Positions 13,861 to 27,099 of a DNA stretch of 64,000 bases are shown piece by piece (the stretch's first letter is position 1; each line of letters begins with the position of its first letter). A program made the translations under genes and the position numbers. The stretch covers positions 3,348,001 to 3,412,000 of the forward strand of contig CP075493.1 of assembly GCA_021613535.1 (NCBI GenBank). Direction: 5' to 3'. Below the pieces are notes generated by a model. It did not search any database and was not told the DNA's origin. It worked only from the letters and a program-made list of their open reading frames with translations. The stretch comes from Adineta vaga. Its lineage: Eukaryota > Animalia > Rotifera.

Positions 13861-15640
13861 ATGGCACCATTAAGTGAAACAAAGTATGTATGAAAAATAA
13901 TCGTCTTATTTTGTTTGTTTCTTTTCTCCGTCTCAATCATAATCGTACATCATATATAGATATTCATTACAGATAGATAAGATAATATATTTCTTGAAAT
14001 ATCAGTTTGTACTGGAAATGAATGATTTGATTGAATGAGTTTTTTTTTCATGCTATGGAAGAATGATTCTTGTAAATCGATTAGTTTGTGTGGAAAAAAA
14101 AGAGCGCTGGAGAAACAATAACGATATAAAACAATAGAAATCATTTGTTTTGTTGTTTTATAATCGATGTCTCAATCGATAACATATCTTTGTTAACCTT
14201 CAGATTTCCTTTCGAGAATCAATGACTTTGAATTATTGAAAATGTTAATTCGTTAACTAATTTTGTTTATTTCTTTTTCAAAAAAAAACTTAGTCGACAA
14301 TCGTTGAATAACAGTGGTAACCTTGTTCTTCGACAATCAATGTTAAATACTGGTAATGAACCTTTGTTTGATGTCAAGTACAAAGTTTTGTTACTTGGTG
14401 ATACTCTCGTTGGTAAAACTTCATTGCAACGAGTCATTGCTGGCAAAGATTTTCGAACTGATATCGGTGCAACAATTGGTATGAAAAGAAAATAGGCTAA
14501 AAATTTATTTTATATATTGCGTGTTTTAGGTGTTGATTTTGTAAATAGAATTATTCCAATTGAACAATCAAAGATTAATTTACAGATATGGTAAGTTTGA
14601 ATTAGAATCAATGTGCCGTATGTTATAATCCTTTACGAGTTAATCCACAAAGGTTAAATAGCTGTTTTCTATTTATTAAAACATATTGTATTAACTATTT
14701 TCGTAGATATCTTCATTATAGAGCAGATGTTTGTAATAGGATATTCAGCAAGACTAACATTAATCTAAGATACATTCATATTTACGTCAGAGATTGTTTT
14801 CTGTTCTATATATTTATCTTGTCGTAGACTGCACTTTCACAGCATGTGATTCGTCAAAAAATTTGATATAATAGATTTCTATACAATAGGGATACAGCTG
14901 GTCAAAGAAATTTTCGAACAATTGGTCGTGGTTATTATAATTCGACTAAAGCATTTGTGTTAGTTTATGATGTAACCAATATGGAAACATTTCGTTTAAT
15001 TGAAAGTTTTAATCAATTAATTGAACAAGTAAATTCAAGAAAATGAAGTGATTGATTATAAGACGAGATTTTTCCTTAGGCTGGATTAGATATTGAACGA
15101 CGATATTTAGTGGCTAATAAAATTGATTTAATCGAAAATCGAAAAGTTGATGAAGAACTTGGTCAACGTGTATGAAGATTTTTCTTCTAATATTTCACCT
15201 TTTGTTTTGTTTAGTTTGCTTTACGAAATAGTATGACTTATTTTGAAACAAGCTGTAAAACAGGTGAAAATATTCAAGATTTATTCGAACAAATTGCTTC
15301 TGATCTTGTTCGTCAACATAATCCGAAATTAGTATGTTATAATTTTCACGTTTTTGTTTTTCAACTAAAAGTCAAACTATTCTATGTTTAGTTGGAATCT
15401 CATTTACCTGTTTTGAATAATTTTGCTTTTAATTACTATGTTCCACCGACGATTGATCATAAACTAAGTGAAAAACTTCGAAATATTCATCAACAACAAA
15501 TCAATCAAACGAAAAAGAAAGGAAAATTTAAACGTTTAGACTTCTTACCATTAAATTCCCATAATGATCATCAACGATTTCAATTTCGTCGTCTTCTTAT
15601 CTGTTGTAATCCAAGAAAAATAACAGAAACCGATGTTTAG
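13861..15640 (+). CDS. Atypical Rab-family small GTPase with long C-terminal tail
   Basis: G1 GDTLVGKTS, switch I TIGVDF, G3 WDTAGQ, G4 NKID, G5 ETSCK across short-intron exons. Putative exon 1 at 13861-13883 (MAPLSET) joins in frame to 14294; the start is less certain. Confidence 0.85.
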
Positions 15641-16273
15641 CTTTGTATATAAAACGAAGAAAAAAAACAACAACTTGCAATCAGTTTTCTCGTGTGATCT
15701 ATATTTGTTATATTTATATTGTTTTACTTAATCCTTTAGCTATCGTTTGATTTTATAGAATTTATTTTTAAATCTTCTCTTCTGAATGAAAACAATAATA
15801 ATAATAGACAATATTCATCATGACAAAAAGAAAAACAATCATTGAACTGTTTTTTTCGAACGATAAAGTTCAATAGGGCCATTCGTTGATATCGTTCTCT
15901 TCAATCTATATTATTATTCATTTGGAAACTAATTATAAAACTTTTTTTTCGGAAATACTTCAACAATACGATGTAAGTAACAATAAAACTATTGTTGTTT
16001 CTTTTTTTAATAGAATACTCATATTCAATAATATCTTGTCATGATTTCTATAGCATAAAATAATAACGAAGAGAATGAATATGAAGATAGTTCATCAAAG
16101 GAAATTTGAATTGTACTAATAGAAATAACATATACGAGAAGCTTTATTTCTGTTTCCGTAACTCGTTTTTTTGTCTTCTTAATTGAAAACAAACACTGTT
16201 TTTCATCACGTCAATAAAAGAGAATTTGATCTATCTAATCCCGTTTTACTAAAATGGAACGATGAGAATTGAT

Positions 16274-17251
16274 CTAAACATCTGTTTCTTCATGTGTTGG
16301 ATTTGCTGTATATAAATCTACAGTTTGATGATCATCAAATCTTAAAATTGGTCTTTTATCGTCACTATCATCATCATTAGATAAAATTGTTATGATGGGA
16401 ATTTGTTGTTCTCTAAGTACATCTCTTGATTCTCTTTTAATTGAACTCATCATTGGTGATTGTTGAATTCGATGAGAACTCCATGGTGTATTATCTAATA
16501 GATGAGCGATACAATCATCAGCTGTAATACCTGGTTCATCATCATCAGTATTTTCTGTGCATCGTTGACGTTCTTGTAATGTAAATGTAACATTATCATT
16601 ATCATCAATGTCATCAAGAATTGTTTTTGTTGTCGGTAATGAAACAAGTTCAATTTGAATAGGTATATTTTTAAAGTTGAATTGTCCATTTTCAACCATT
16701 TGTGTTAAGAGATCAGGATTATCTGGAGCTATTGATAATGAAAGTCGACGTAATTGTTTTCGTCGTTCAATTAATTCTGCACGTTTATGATGTCGACGAT
16801 GCATTATCATTGGTAAAAGCATTAGAATACTTAATACGTACATTAAAGGTACAAATAATGGTTTATAACTTGGAAGATGTTCTTGATCAGTGTTTAATAA
16901 ACGAAGATCTTTACATTGAATATCAATATCATTGAATTGACGTAGAAAATGAAAACAAATAATAAATAACTGAACGAATTCTTCCAATGTATTCGATTGA
17001 TTGAATATTTTTACATAGCGTTGTTCATATCGATATGTTGCTGGAAATAAACCATATTTGATATGTTCATGTTCAAATTGACGAAATGTTAGATAATAAG
17101 AATAATTTGCTGTTAGATTATAATATACAATTAATGTTGTTTCATTTAAATATTCGATATTAGCAGAGATTTGTGTAGAAGTTCGATTTGGATTTCCAGA
17201 GATAGATATGATTAGATATAATGAAAGATAAATAAGAAAAAAATAGATCAT
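16274..17251 (-). CDS. Single-exon type I membrane protein of unknown function
   Basis: 325-aa ORF with signal peptide, N-glycosylation sequons, TM segment (PLFVPLMYVLSILMLLPMIM), basic stop-transfer stretch, and acidic tail ending ETDV. Confidence 0.75.
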   Translation of the reverse strand: MIYFFLIYLSLYLIISISGNPNRTSTQISANIEYLNETTLIVYYNLTANYSYYLTFRQFEHEHIKYGLFPATYRYEQRYVKIFNQSNTLEEFVQLFIICFHFLRQFNDIDIQCKDLRLLNTDQEHLPSYKPLFVPLMYVLSILMLLPMIMHRRHHKRAELIERRKQLRRLSLSIAPDNPDLLTQMVENGQFNFKNIPIQIELVSLPTTKTILDDIDDNDNVTFTLQERQRCTENTDDDEPGITADDCIAHLLDNTPWSSHRIQQSPMMSSIKRESRDVLREQQIPIITILSNDDDSDDKRPILRFDDHQTVDLYTANPTHEETDV

Positions 17252-18082
17252 TATTGATCAATAAATTTGATCTGAAAGAAAGAAAGATAATACTGAAGAG
17301 TTTTTCTTTACTTTGCAGTTATCAATTTCTTCGAGTGACTAAATAACTGGAAATCCTCAAAAAGAAAAACTCTGCTTTTCATGAACATACTTCTAGAGGT
17401 ATGTGAAATATGAGCTCTGGCTTTTTTTCTCTTCTTTCTTCTCGGAAACACACGCACGCTCGCATGCACTCACTCACACACCTCTATTTCTATTTTCTCT
17501 CTCGTTTTTGCTTTTTTAGTTTCATATGGTAATATTGAACTTCATACATTTATCATTTACATTCAATTGTAATGATTATACATACAAACAGGATATGCTA
17601 CGACAGTAAAATCAACATGACTCTTAAAAAATCAATGAAATACACATGTATAGTTTAATTGTATCTGATAAAAATACTATCACTCAAGTTTTCTCTTATT
17701 GACCACTTGAAAAATAATTATTAGAAATAATAAATGAATAAAAAAATGAATTCTTATAGATATTTAACTCTTAATAATAAAACTGTTTTAAACTTACCTT
17801 GTTTTTCTGTATATAAAAACTACCCATATAGTGTCTCCCTCTGTTTACGTCGTGAATCCTATGCAATTGGTTAACGAATATACTTATTTCCTCTGTGAAT
17901 CTGATGATAGATGTTTATACCAAATCAACGAAAACAAGAATTTACGTTACGATTTGCTAAGAGACAAAAACGTTTCCTATATTTTACATGTGAGTGATTT
18001 CTCTTCCTACTTCATCGTATTTGTTATGCATAAAAACTCGAACATTGGTGTTCTTTTTCAGAGTCCATTTATCCTAACGAAC

Positions 18083-20828
18083 ATGAATACACTAAATACA
18101 AAAATCATCCAAGAAAGTACGTACTTTCCTCGACATATCTTCGATAAAGATCGTTTTTTTCTCTAGTTGAAGCATATTTAACTGAAGCTAATCTTCGAAA
18201 TGATCAGATATTAGTGAATTGTGCACGTGAAAATCATGGATGGATCCGACTGGAATTACTTAGTCGTTATAAAACTCTCTCATCTTATAGTTACGATAAA
18301 ATTCTTCATGCTTTACAAAACACACAATCAAATGAAATTGAATTAAGCACATTTGAACCACGATGTATTCGTCGTCGATATCAAATATTTGGAAACAATA
18401 ATACTCGAACGGTGATCATTCATGGTTTACCACATGATGTACGATGTGAAGAATTAATTGAATTTTTTAATAGATTTTATCCTATTGATGAAATTAAAAT
18501 GTTTTCATCAACAAATAAATTCAATGGTCAAATTCATGTTATATTTAAAAGATCTCAACATGCATCAGCATTTGTATATCAATCAAAAATTTCATCAATT
18601 ATTTATACTAAGAATTATCCATTAAGTTGTCAATTATTGAATACTGATAGTAAAAAAGATTTAACAAAACACATTCAACAAGAGAATTTTATGAAAGGTA
18701 AAAGAATCGAGATGTTTTCTATGTGAAATAAATTTCATATCTCTTTTTCATCTCAGGTAAATCATTTTCAACTCGACTTGCAAATCATTCATCGACGAGT
18801 TCATCCACTAAAACTAATCCCTCAAATAACACTCATCCAGGTAAATAACATTTTCATTTACTTCTCTTCTAGAAAAATCTAATCAACATATATATATACA
18901 TATATTCGTTTTCATTTAGTATGTACAAAATCCACAACATGTGCTACGGAACAAATACTTTTCTGTCAAAATTCTCCAACTAATCCATCGAAAAGTATTA
19001 AACAATCGATAGTTCATAATAAATTTTCCTATGATTTTTATAAACCTGATCATCTTCTTAAACAAATACATAAATGTATTATCATATCCGTATTAAATCC
19101 TCATTGTTTTACAATTCAATTAAGTCAAGATGCTTTCGAATTTGATCGATTTCAACGACAAATCAATACTTTCTACAATACAATCAATGATAAACAATAT
19201 AATATTACATTAGAACAAATTCAAATCAATTTATGTGTGATTTGTTGTGATACAAAATCAACAAATGAAAATAGAATCTGGAATCGTTCACAAATTCTTG
19301 ATTTTGATCCATCAGATAATACAGTCAATTTATTTCATGTAGATTTAGGTACCTGGGAAGAATATGTACCAATCAATCGTCTTCGACATATAACTCAACA
19401 TTTTCATCAATATCAAGTTTTTTCTTTAACATGTCGTTTAGCACAAATACTTCCAAGAAATAATGAACACGATCAATTGATATGGACAAATGAAGCAACT
19501 CAGCAATTTCTATCGGTTATTGATGAAGCTGTACCTGAAATTGAATTCGTATCAATTGCGCGGAATGGTTGTATATATACAAATATATTTGTAATTAAGT
19601 CAAGACAATCTGTTTGTGTCAATGATTATATGGTACATATAAAGCAAGCGAATTATATCATGGATACAATAATATCAGTAGATAGTATTCAGGTAAGAGA
19701 AACAAATAATCACTGAACAGTCGTCTTCTAAATCGAATGATTTACATCATTGTTTGATGACGGAATAATAAGTTATATGATCAGAACAATGAATAAGCAT
19801 TTGTTCTAATTTCAATTTTACAGTCATAGAAAACAAAAGCATGAAAACATTGATGAGTATATTGTCTTTCAGTTAGACGAACATCAAATCAAAGACCATG
19901 ATCTATCCATTCATCCAGTTGTTGCTTTGTACAATAGATTAGGAGAGTAAGTAATAGGTGAAATTTATATTCAATGTAATTCAAATAAATCATTTAGGAT
20001 TCTTCAACTATCACTCACTGAGTCATGTACAACAAGTACAAATAGTTCTGTCATTTCGTCTTCATCTACATCATCTCGATTAAATATTAAACTCATTCAT
20101 GTGAATACATTCAATCGAAGAGAATATTCCAATCAATCGCATAAATTACCAATCATCTTTGTTCGTTATAAAGATACAATTCTCATGCCTGATTTTAACA
20201 TTTGTACATTACTCAAAACTATCAATTCTAAGATTGATATTTCAGCTATAGAAAACTATGTAAGAAAGATACTTTTAATATTCATTCATACTTATCAACG
20301 AAGAACTTTTTTTTTCTCATTTATTTTCAGGCAACTGCTACTAAATCTAATTGCGTTCATATTACATTAGAATCTGATTTTGATATCTTCTCTCAATTGA
20401 ATTCACTGAATAACATAGAACATTCCAATAATATAGCATTATATCCTATGGATTTTGTTAATTATATCCTTCGACAGTATCATTTTCAAAAAGCAAATGT
20501 ATTTCTCGCATTGGAAAATGCTCAATCTCATGTATCTGATTTGACTCGATGGTTTGCAACAGATAATGAAGTAAATCATATTCTCCGATACTTATCTTCT
20601 ATCATAAACTTTTCGATTTTAGCTGAACATATCATCTACACCTATTTCCAATGATTCCGTTAGGTATGACTTTCTTCCCTGCATGTTGATTCGATTAATT
20701 TAACGTTTTATTTTGTATACAGGTTCGATCAATTAAATGATCAAAGAGTTTCGCTATCTCCGGTGTCTCAACGCCCATCCAATCTAATTCGTTTACCATT
20801 TTCTAATCGATTAATTAATCCTATGTAA
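18083..20828 (+). CDS. La-motif + RRM + extended Tudor domain protein
   Basis: Spliced N-terminus KIIQEIEAYLTEANLRNDQILV...HGWIRLELL (La HTH). RTVIIHGLP...FNGQIHVIF (RRM). ISVLNPHCFTIQL...WNRSQI...FHVDLGTWE...LR...CRLA...WTNEA (extended Tudor). Stop at 20826-20828. Confidence 0.8.
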
Positions 20829-20938
20829 ATTCCTTCTGAAAATTTCAGAATCGGTGTTTTATATTTTTATTATTTTTCTGTGATATGTATATTTTTATTT
20901 GTTTGATTTTCTTCAGATTTCTATAAGAATAATCAATC

Positions 20939-21810
20939 ATGTCGGCTCGTTGTTTACAAACAGCTGTACGTAATGTACAAACTTTATGGATGATTAACAA
21001 TCGTCGACAATTTCAAACATCAACATTACGATTAGCTGCAAATGCTTTTCATGTGAAAGATGATGGAGACTTTCAAAAACAAGTTTTAGATAGTAAAAAA
21101 CCATTTCTTGTTGATTTTCATGCAACTTGGTAAGTAGAAAATTTGAAGGCAGAAATTGAAATTATAATATGAATATTTTAGGTGTGGACCATGCAAAGTA
21201 TTAGGTAAATGACATCTTTTCATTGGTTTATTAATTAAAATATGATCTAAAATATAGAACCACGTTTGGAAAAGGTGTTAACAAATCATAATAATAAATT
21301 GAAAGAGAAAGCTACTGATGCAGAAGTCAAATTGGCCAAAGTTGATATTGATCAATTAGAGAAATTAAGCGGTAAATATGACGTACAAGCAGTACCAACA
21401 GGTAAATCAATGAAAGAACTGATCAAATAATAAAACCTTGAGTTATAATTATTTTCTTCAATGATATAGAAGTCGATTATTCAAATTTATCAGATTATTT
21501 TACGTCAGTTAAGGTTATTATCAATGACGGATAAAAAGTCAATTTATCAAGCACCCCCATAAGATCTATAGACATAGTCAAATGTAGTTATTGTTATTCT
21601 CGATAAAAAAATTTGTTTCTATCAATTTATTTTTTGAAGCTTGAGTGCTGTTTTTTTTTAAAGCGATTAGAAGATCAACAAAAAGCATATGTAATTAAAT
21701 TACAATTCATTTTAGTGGTGGCAATTAAAAATGGTAAAGAAGTTGCTCGATTTACAGGTGCTGCAGATGAAAAACGAATTCAGAAAATGCTCGATGAACT
21801 TAGCAGTTAA
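20939..21810 (+). CDS. TXN2: Thioredoxin-2, mitochondrial
   Basis: Arg-rich transit peptide, VDFHATW|CGPC active site split by an intron, KVDID, AVPT. Confidence 0.92.
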
Positions 21811-21875
21811 CATACAACAGTAACAACAACATAAAAAACATTCATCCTTTTTTTCTATTTATCTCTTTTCTTTGA

Positions 21876-22695
21876 TTAAAACCGATCTTGTGGAATCTGT
21901 GGATATATTGTTGGATACTGATTCGGTGGAATATAACTTGGATTTTGATATTGAGGTGGAACTTGATGATAAGCAGGCATCATAATAGGTGCTGATGGTT
22001 GAAATGATTGAGGAGTTGTAAAGGTTTGATGAGGATAAACTGGCGCCATAACAGAATCATTGATTGTTCGTACTCGTTGTCGATTGGTTCGTGCTGCTCG
22101 CGAACTTACAATAAAATACATAATTAAATAGATAAAACATGTTGCTGCAATGATCGCTCCACCAGCTAATTGAGCTTTAATTAATATCATACGAGTAGAA
22201 TCACAATGATTTGAACGTCCATTATATGAGCATTGAAATGAAAATGATATAGCACGATCCCATCTTAAACTTTGACAGATTCTTGTAGTAAAAAAACAAG
22301 TACTGGGTCGTCGAATGAATGCAATATTAATTCCAATTAATACACTTGCAAAAAGAAATGAGATACAATTATGGATCAATGCATGTGTCGCACAAGTTCG
22401 ACGAGACAACAACATACTTAAAATAGAATATATTTTCCTAGGAATTTTTTTATTATCGAGATTTACCTGCTGCAAACATTGAAATCCATAGAATAGTGAA
22501 TGGTATCGATGTCCAAAAACCCGCAAATAAATTTGTTAATCGAATATTAATCATAATATGACAAATTTCTAAGGCAATAATTCCAAATGTTGTTAACATT
22601 TGAACAACGGCTAGAATAGCCACAATCGATAATGGAAATCGATCATTAAATTGTTGTTCTCTTGTTAAAAATGCTTGGGAATGTTGTTGTTGCAT
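21876..22695 (-). CDS. Four-TM MS4A/CD20-like membrane protein with Pro/Tyr-rich tail (paralog A)
   Basis: Two coding exons, four hydrophobic helices, motifs AGFWTS and IKAQLAG, PPxY-like tail. Similar to 58908-59830. Confidence 0.65.
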
Positions 22696-23469
22696 AATTA
22701 TACTTTTACACTATGTGTGCCAATCGCGCGAGAAAAGAAATGAATAGAGTCATATATAAATATATATTTCTATATTCTTTTTTTTTAAAATGACATATGA
22801 TCTTCATTTGTTCAAGTAGGCGATGCATATGTGTATTAGATTTCTGAGTCAATTTGAGTAAGAGAGAAGGAAACGTTACCAGGTCGTTTTTTCTTCTTCT
22901 ATCACTGTAGATTATCAACATAATATATGAGAGAGTTTTGTCAATATTGATGGTTCCTTTTTTTTTCCTAAATTTATGATTTATTATTTCATAAAGTAGA
23001 AAAACGGATCGTTTTTGTTATTGACATGCTTCTTATGAGTCATTCTTTTCGATATCACAACTGATTGCTCATATGCACTATACAAACATATTCATGATCA
23101 GAACGAAAGAGAAAAAAAATGATATTTCATGACGTATTTTACCGATCAAATAGTACAAAGAAGTTATACGTATGAAAATGAAAATTAGTAAACTGACGTC
23201 AATAATTACATAGAAATAACGAAAATAGAGGTGTTGGAAAGCGTCGAAGTAATATGGTCATGTTTATTATGAGTAACACGAAAATAATAATGTGAAAACA
23301 TGAAAAGAAATACATTTTATGTAGGTTTGTTCGATAATATTTATTTCGTGTCTCTATTCTTGTTTATATATTAATAATTTATCGCTTCACTGACTACTAA
23401 CGATAAATATTGTGAGCGAGATTGTTGTTTGAAAAAAGAAATATATCGTATAATATTCTGTTTCACAAT

Positions 23470-26400
23470 ATGTCATCAATCAGACAAACACGTTCTACTT
23501 CAACAAATCGGAAAAGTATGATAATCCTTTTTCACAAGATTAGATAATAATTTTATCATTTGTTCTCGTTTTCAAGGTCGTAAAAAATCACGTTTACACT
23601 TCGGCCATCTTAATTTACAAGGACATAAACGATCAACAAAAGGATCTGAAATTAATCAGACAAGAAAACAATTAACATGCGAAGAACTTGAACAACGTGA
23701 ACTTATCGAACAATATATTTTTTCCAAATTAGAAGCTTATGCTCATAAACCTCGCATATGGCAATTAACACATTCAACACAGATTAAACGACGTCTTCTA
23801 GATAAATCAGGAAGTATTGCTCATTTATATTCATTACCAAGTGATTTTGTTCGAGATTCAATTAATCAATTATTTGATGATGTTGATAAGCATATTTCCC
23901 AAATTCGTCGTCTTCTTCGATCATCAACCGTTGCAATGGAAGAACCAAGTACCCTCTTTCAAAAAATTAAAAACCCAAATAATCAATGGCGTACGTTACA
24001 ATTAGAACGTGCCTTAGAACTTTTTCCTGAAATGAACAATGAAGATTTTACGGATAGTGAATGTTTACAAAAATATTATCAATATATTATAGAAACATTA
24101 ACACCAAAACCAGATCCAGCAAGTGAAAATTGTATTGCACAACTTCGTGAACGACCATTAGACTTAGATCATGCATATGAACAAGCAGAACGTAAAGGAA
24201 AAGATTATCTTGAACATATGCTACAAAGTTATTACGAACGTACAGCACCAGATCTTGATGTTATTCAAGAAATGGTTACTATTGGTAAAAATTGGAAGTT
24301 CTTTTTCTAATATAAATCATTTGAATCTTCTTTAATTTAGGTTTGCAAAATATGAAAACACGACCATCAAATGAAGAATTCGATAACGCAACAAGTTTTC
24401 TTGCAAAAATGTCTGTACTTCATAAATCAAAACAAGCATATGAATCAGATTTAAGAAATATGGGTGACGATTTCATGTTATTACGTTTCGGTAAAATCTT
24501 TGGACCAAATGCATTACCAACAACAGCAAGTTGTAACGAACAATTCATATATTTTGTTCATTTATTCGTCAAATCAGTTGCACATTTAATGATGATGATA
24601 AAATTATCTGTTAATGATACAGAAGAATCTTCATCAGGTATTAACACTTTAGTTACCAATTTATTTTCGTCAAAATCGAATTCTACAGTTACTAAATTAA
24701 ATGACGATTTCTTTGCACCGAAAGTTAATATTGATCAATGGACATGGTTAATCGAAAAATGGCGTGATGCATTACGTACATTCCCCAAAATATTGACAGA
24801 AGTTGGTTCATTTGGTCGTTTATTACGTACAACAATTGGAATTGGTATTGCACGAATATTTAATTTCTCTGAAACAGTTGTTAATACGAAACAAATGTTA
24901 GATATTAAAGTGATTAATGAACAATTCTTCCATGCACTTCAAATGGGTTTCTATTTTGGTATTGCTTATGCAGTTGTTGATTGTATACAAGATGAAATAC
25001 GAAATATTGATAAGATTCCTTCACATCATCTTGAAATTTTTAAAACGAAATATCATGCTCAGGAAAAATTATTAACATCAGCTGAAATAATCGAAAAATG
25101 GACTTTGATTATGGAAAAATTATTAAGTGGAGAAGAATTCAATCGAAATGACATACCAAAAACACCAATAACGCCATTATTAATAGAAACATTTGATAGT
25201 TTAATAACATTAACGAAAAGTATTGATATAACCTGTTCAGCTTTCAATGAATTAGCACTTCTATTAAGATCACAACGAGTAGATAACAAAATACCCGAAC
25301 AATTTTATAATGATAAAGAACTCTTCATAGGTAAATACTCGATTTATCTTATTTATCGGTATTAAACATTTGTTTGATGTATGAAAGATGAATATCTTAT
25401 TATGAGTTGCTCACACATCACTAATTTTATCAAGCGTAACGACCAACAGAAAGGGCGGAGTCAGTCATGATTCGCTTGAAATAGATTTTCCGTCTTCCTC
25501 CGAAAAAAAATTTACCGTTAAATAGGAAATTATATTTTCACATATTTTGATGAACTAATAGATTCAAGCGAATCATATTCGAAATCTAGATTGTAAATTG
25601 TACATTTATTTTTAGGTGCTGTTCTCAAGTCACATTTTACTTATACATGTACAACATTCTTGGGAAATATTAAATCAGCTCGTGAAGAAAGTGAGCGATT
25701 ATGGATAATGCCATTCCTAGGTCAATTAACTGATGATTGTCGAGATTTTTATGATGATGTTACATCAAATTCTGTCACATCATTTACACATTATGCATCG
25801 TTTATTGGCCGTAAAAACTGTGCAGATCAACGTCTATTAAATCCATTCTATGCATTTCTTTATCTTTGTACAGATCTTTATATAGCATCAGAACGTGATG
25901 TACAAACAGGTGCTTTTCTTGGTCGTCGAATAGCCCGAACATTACTATCTATTGAGATAAGTGGTGGTGGTCAATCGGCTCTTCGAGAATTTCTTCATAT
26001 CTTTTGTCAAAATAATTCCTCGCTACATGATTATTTTTGGATTAATCTTCGTAATCAATTTTCACATGTCAGTGATCCTGAAAAAGCCTTCTTTCGTGCA
26101 ATTAATAAATCAAGTATTGAATATGCACGAACAAATCGTAAATTAGAAACTTATATTGGTGATCATCTAAAAGAAATTGAAGATGCACTAAAAATTCATT
26201 CATTTAATAGACATCAAAAAGTGAAACCAATCAGTAATCGTGATGAACAATTATTATTATCAGCAATGAATTATAGTGTCACAGCTGGTGGAAAACGTCT
26301 TCGACCATTATTAATGTTGATGGTTTCAGATTTATATAAATTAAATATTAAAAATGTTCTACCATTAGCTTGTGGTATTGAATATTTACATACATCATCA

Positions 26401-27099
26401 TTAATTTTAGATGATCTACCTGCACAAGATAATAGTGATTTAAGACGTGGTCGACCAACTTTACATAAAGCAATTATTAATAATGATATACCAGAAAATC
26501 TATGTGAAGGTCGAGCACAATTAGCAGCCGTTGATTTAATAGCAGTTAGTATGAGTTTAATTAATCATGATTTAGTTCGAAATGGTTTTTCATCAGAACG
26601 TGTCAATGAAGTTGTTAGTGAAATTTCACTATCTATGCATGATTTATGTATTGGACAAATGATGGATTTACGTGCAGCTCATATGGGAATCGAAAAAGGT
26701 GATGAACAAGTTGATGAACTTGATCGTATTGCATGGTTAAAAACAGGCAAAGCAATTGAAGTTGTTTTAATAACGCCAGCCGTTTTAGCTCTATCAACTA
26801 GTGTAGCTGCTAAATCGAATGAAATCACACGAATTCGTGAATTAGGTCGTTTGATGGGTATTCTATTTCAAATGCGTGATGATTTATTAGATGTTGAAGG
26901 AGAAAATATTGGAAAACCTGCTGCACTTGATGTGAAAAATAATACGGTCACTTATGTTTCAACTTTAGGTGCTGAAGGTACTCGGAAACGTTTAAAAGAA
27001 TATCGTCGACAAACATTGAATTTAGTCGATGAAATCTGGCCAATAGGTGCAGGAACAATTAAAGATGTGATTAATTATATTGTTGATCGAAAAAATTAA
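23470..27099 (+). CDS. ~1075-aa fusion of a degenerate isoprenoid-synthase-fold domain and a bacterial/plant-type polyprenyl diphosphate (GGPP-type) synthase
   Basis: Exons 23470-23515, 23577-24284, 24341-25330 and 25616-27099 total 3228 nt in frame. C-domain: GGKRLRP, HTSSLILDDLPAQD, RRGRPT, GQMMD, KTG, FQMRDDLLD, GK..D. Middle domain: VVDCIQD, SQRVD, QLTDDCRD. Confidence 0.88.
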
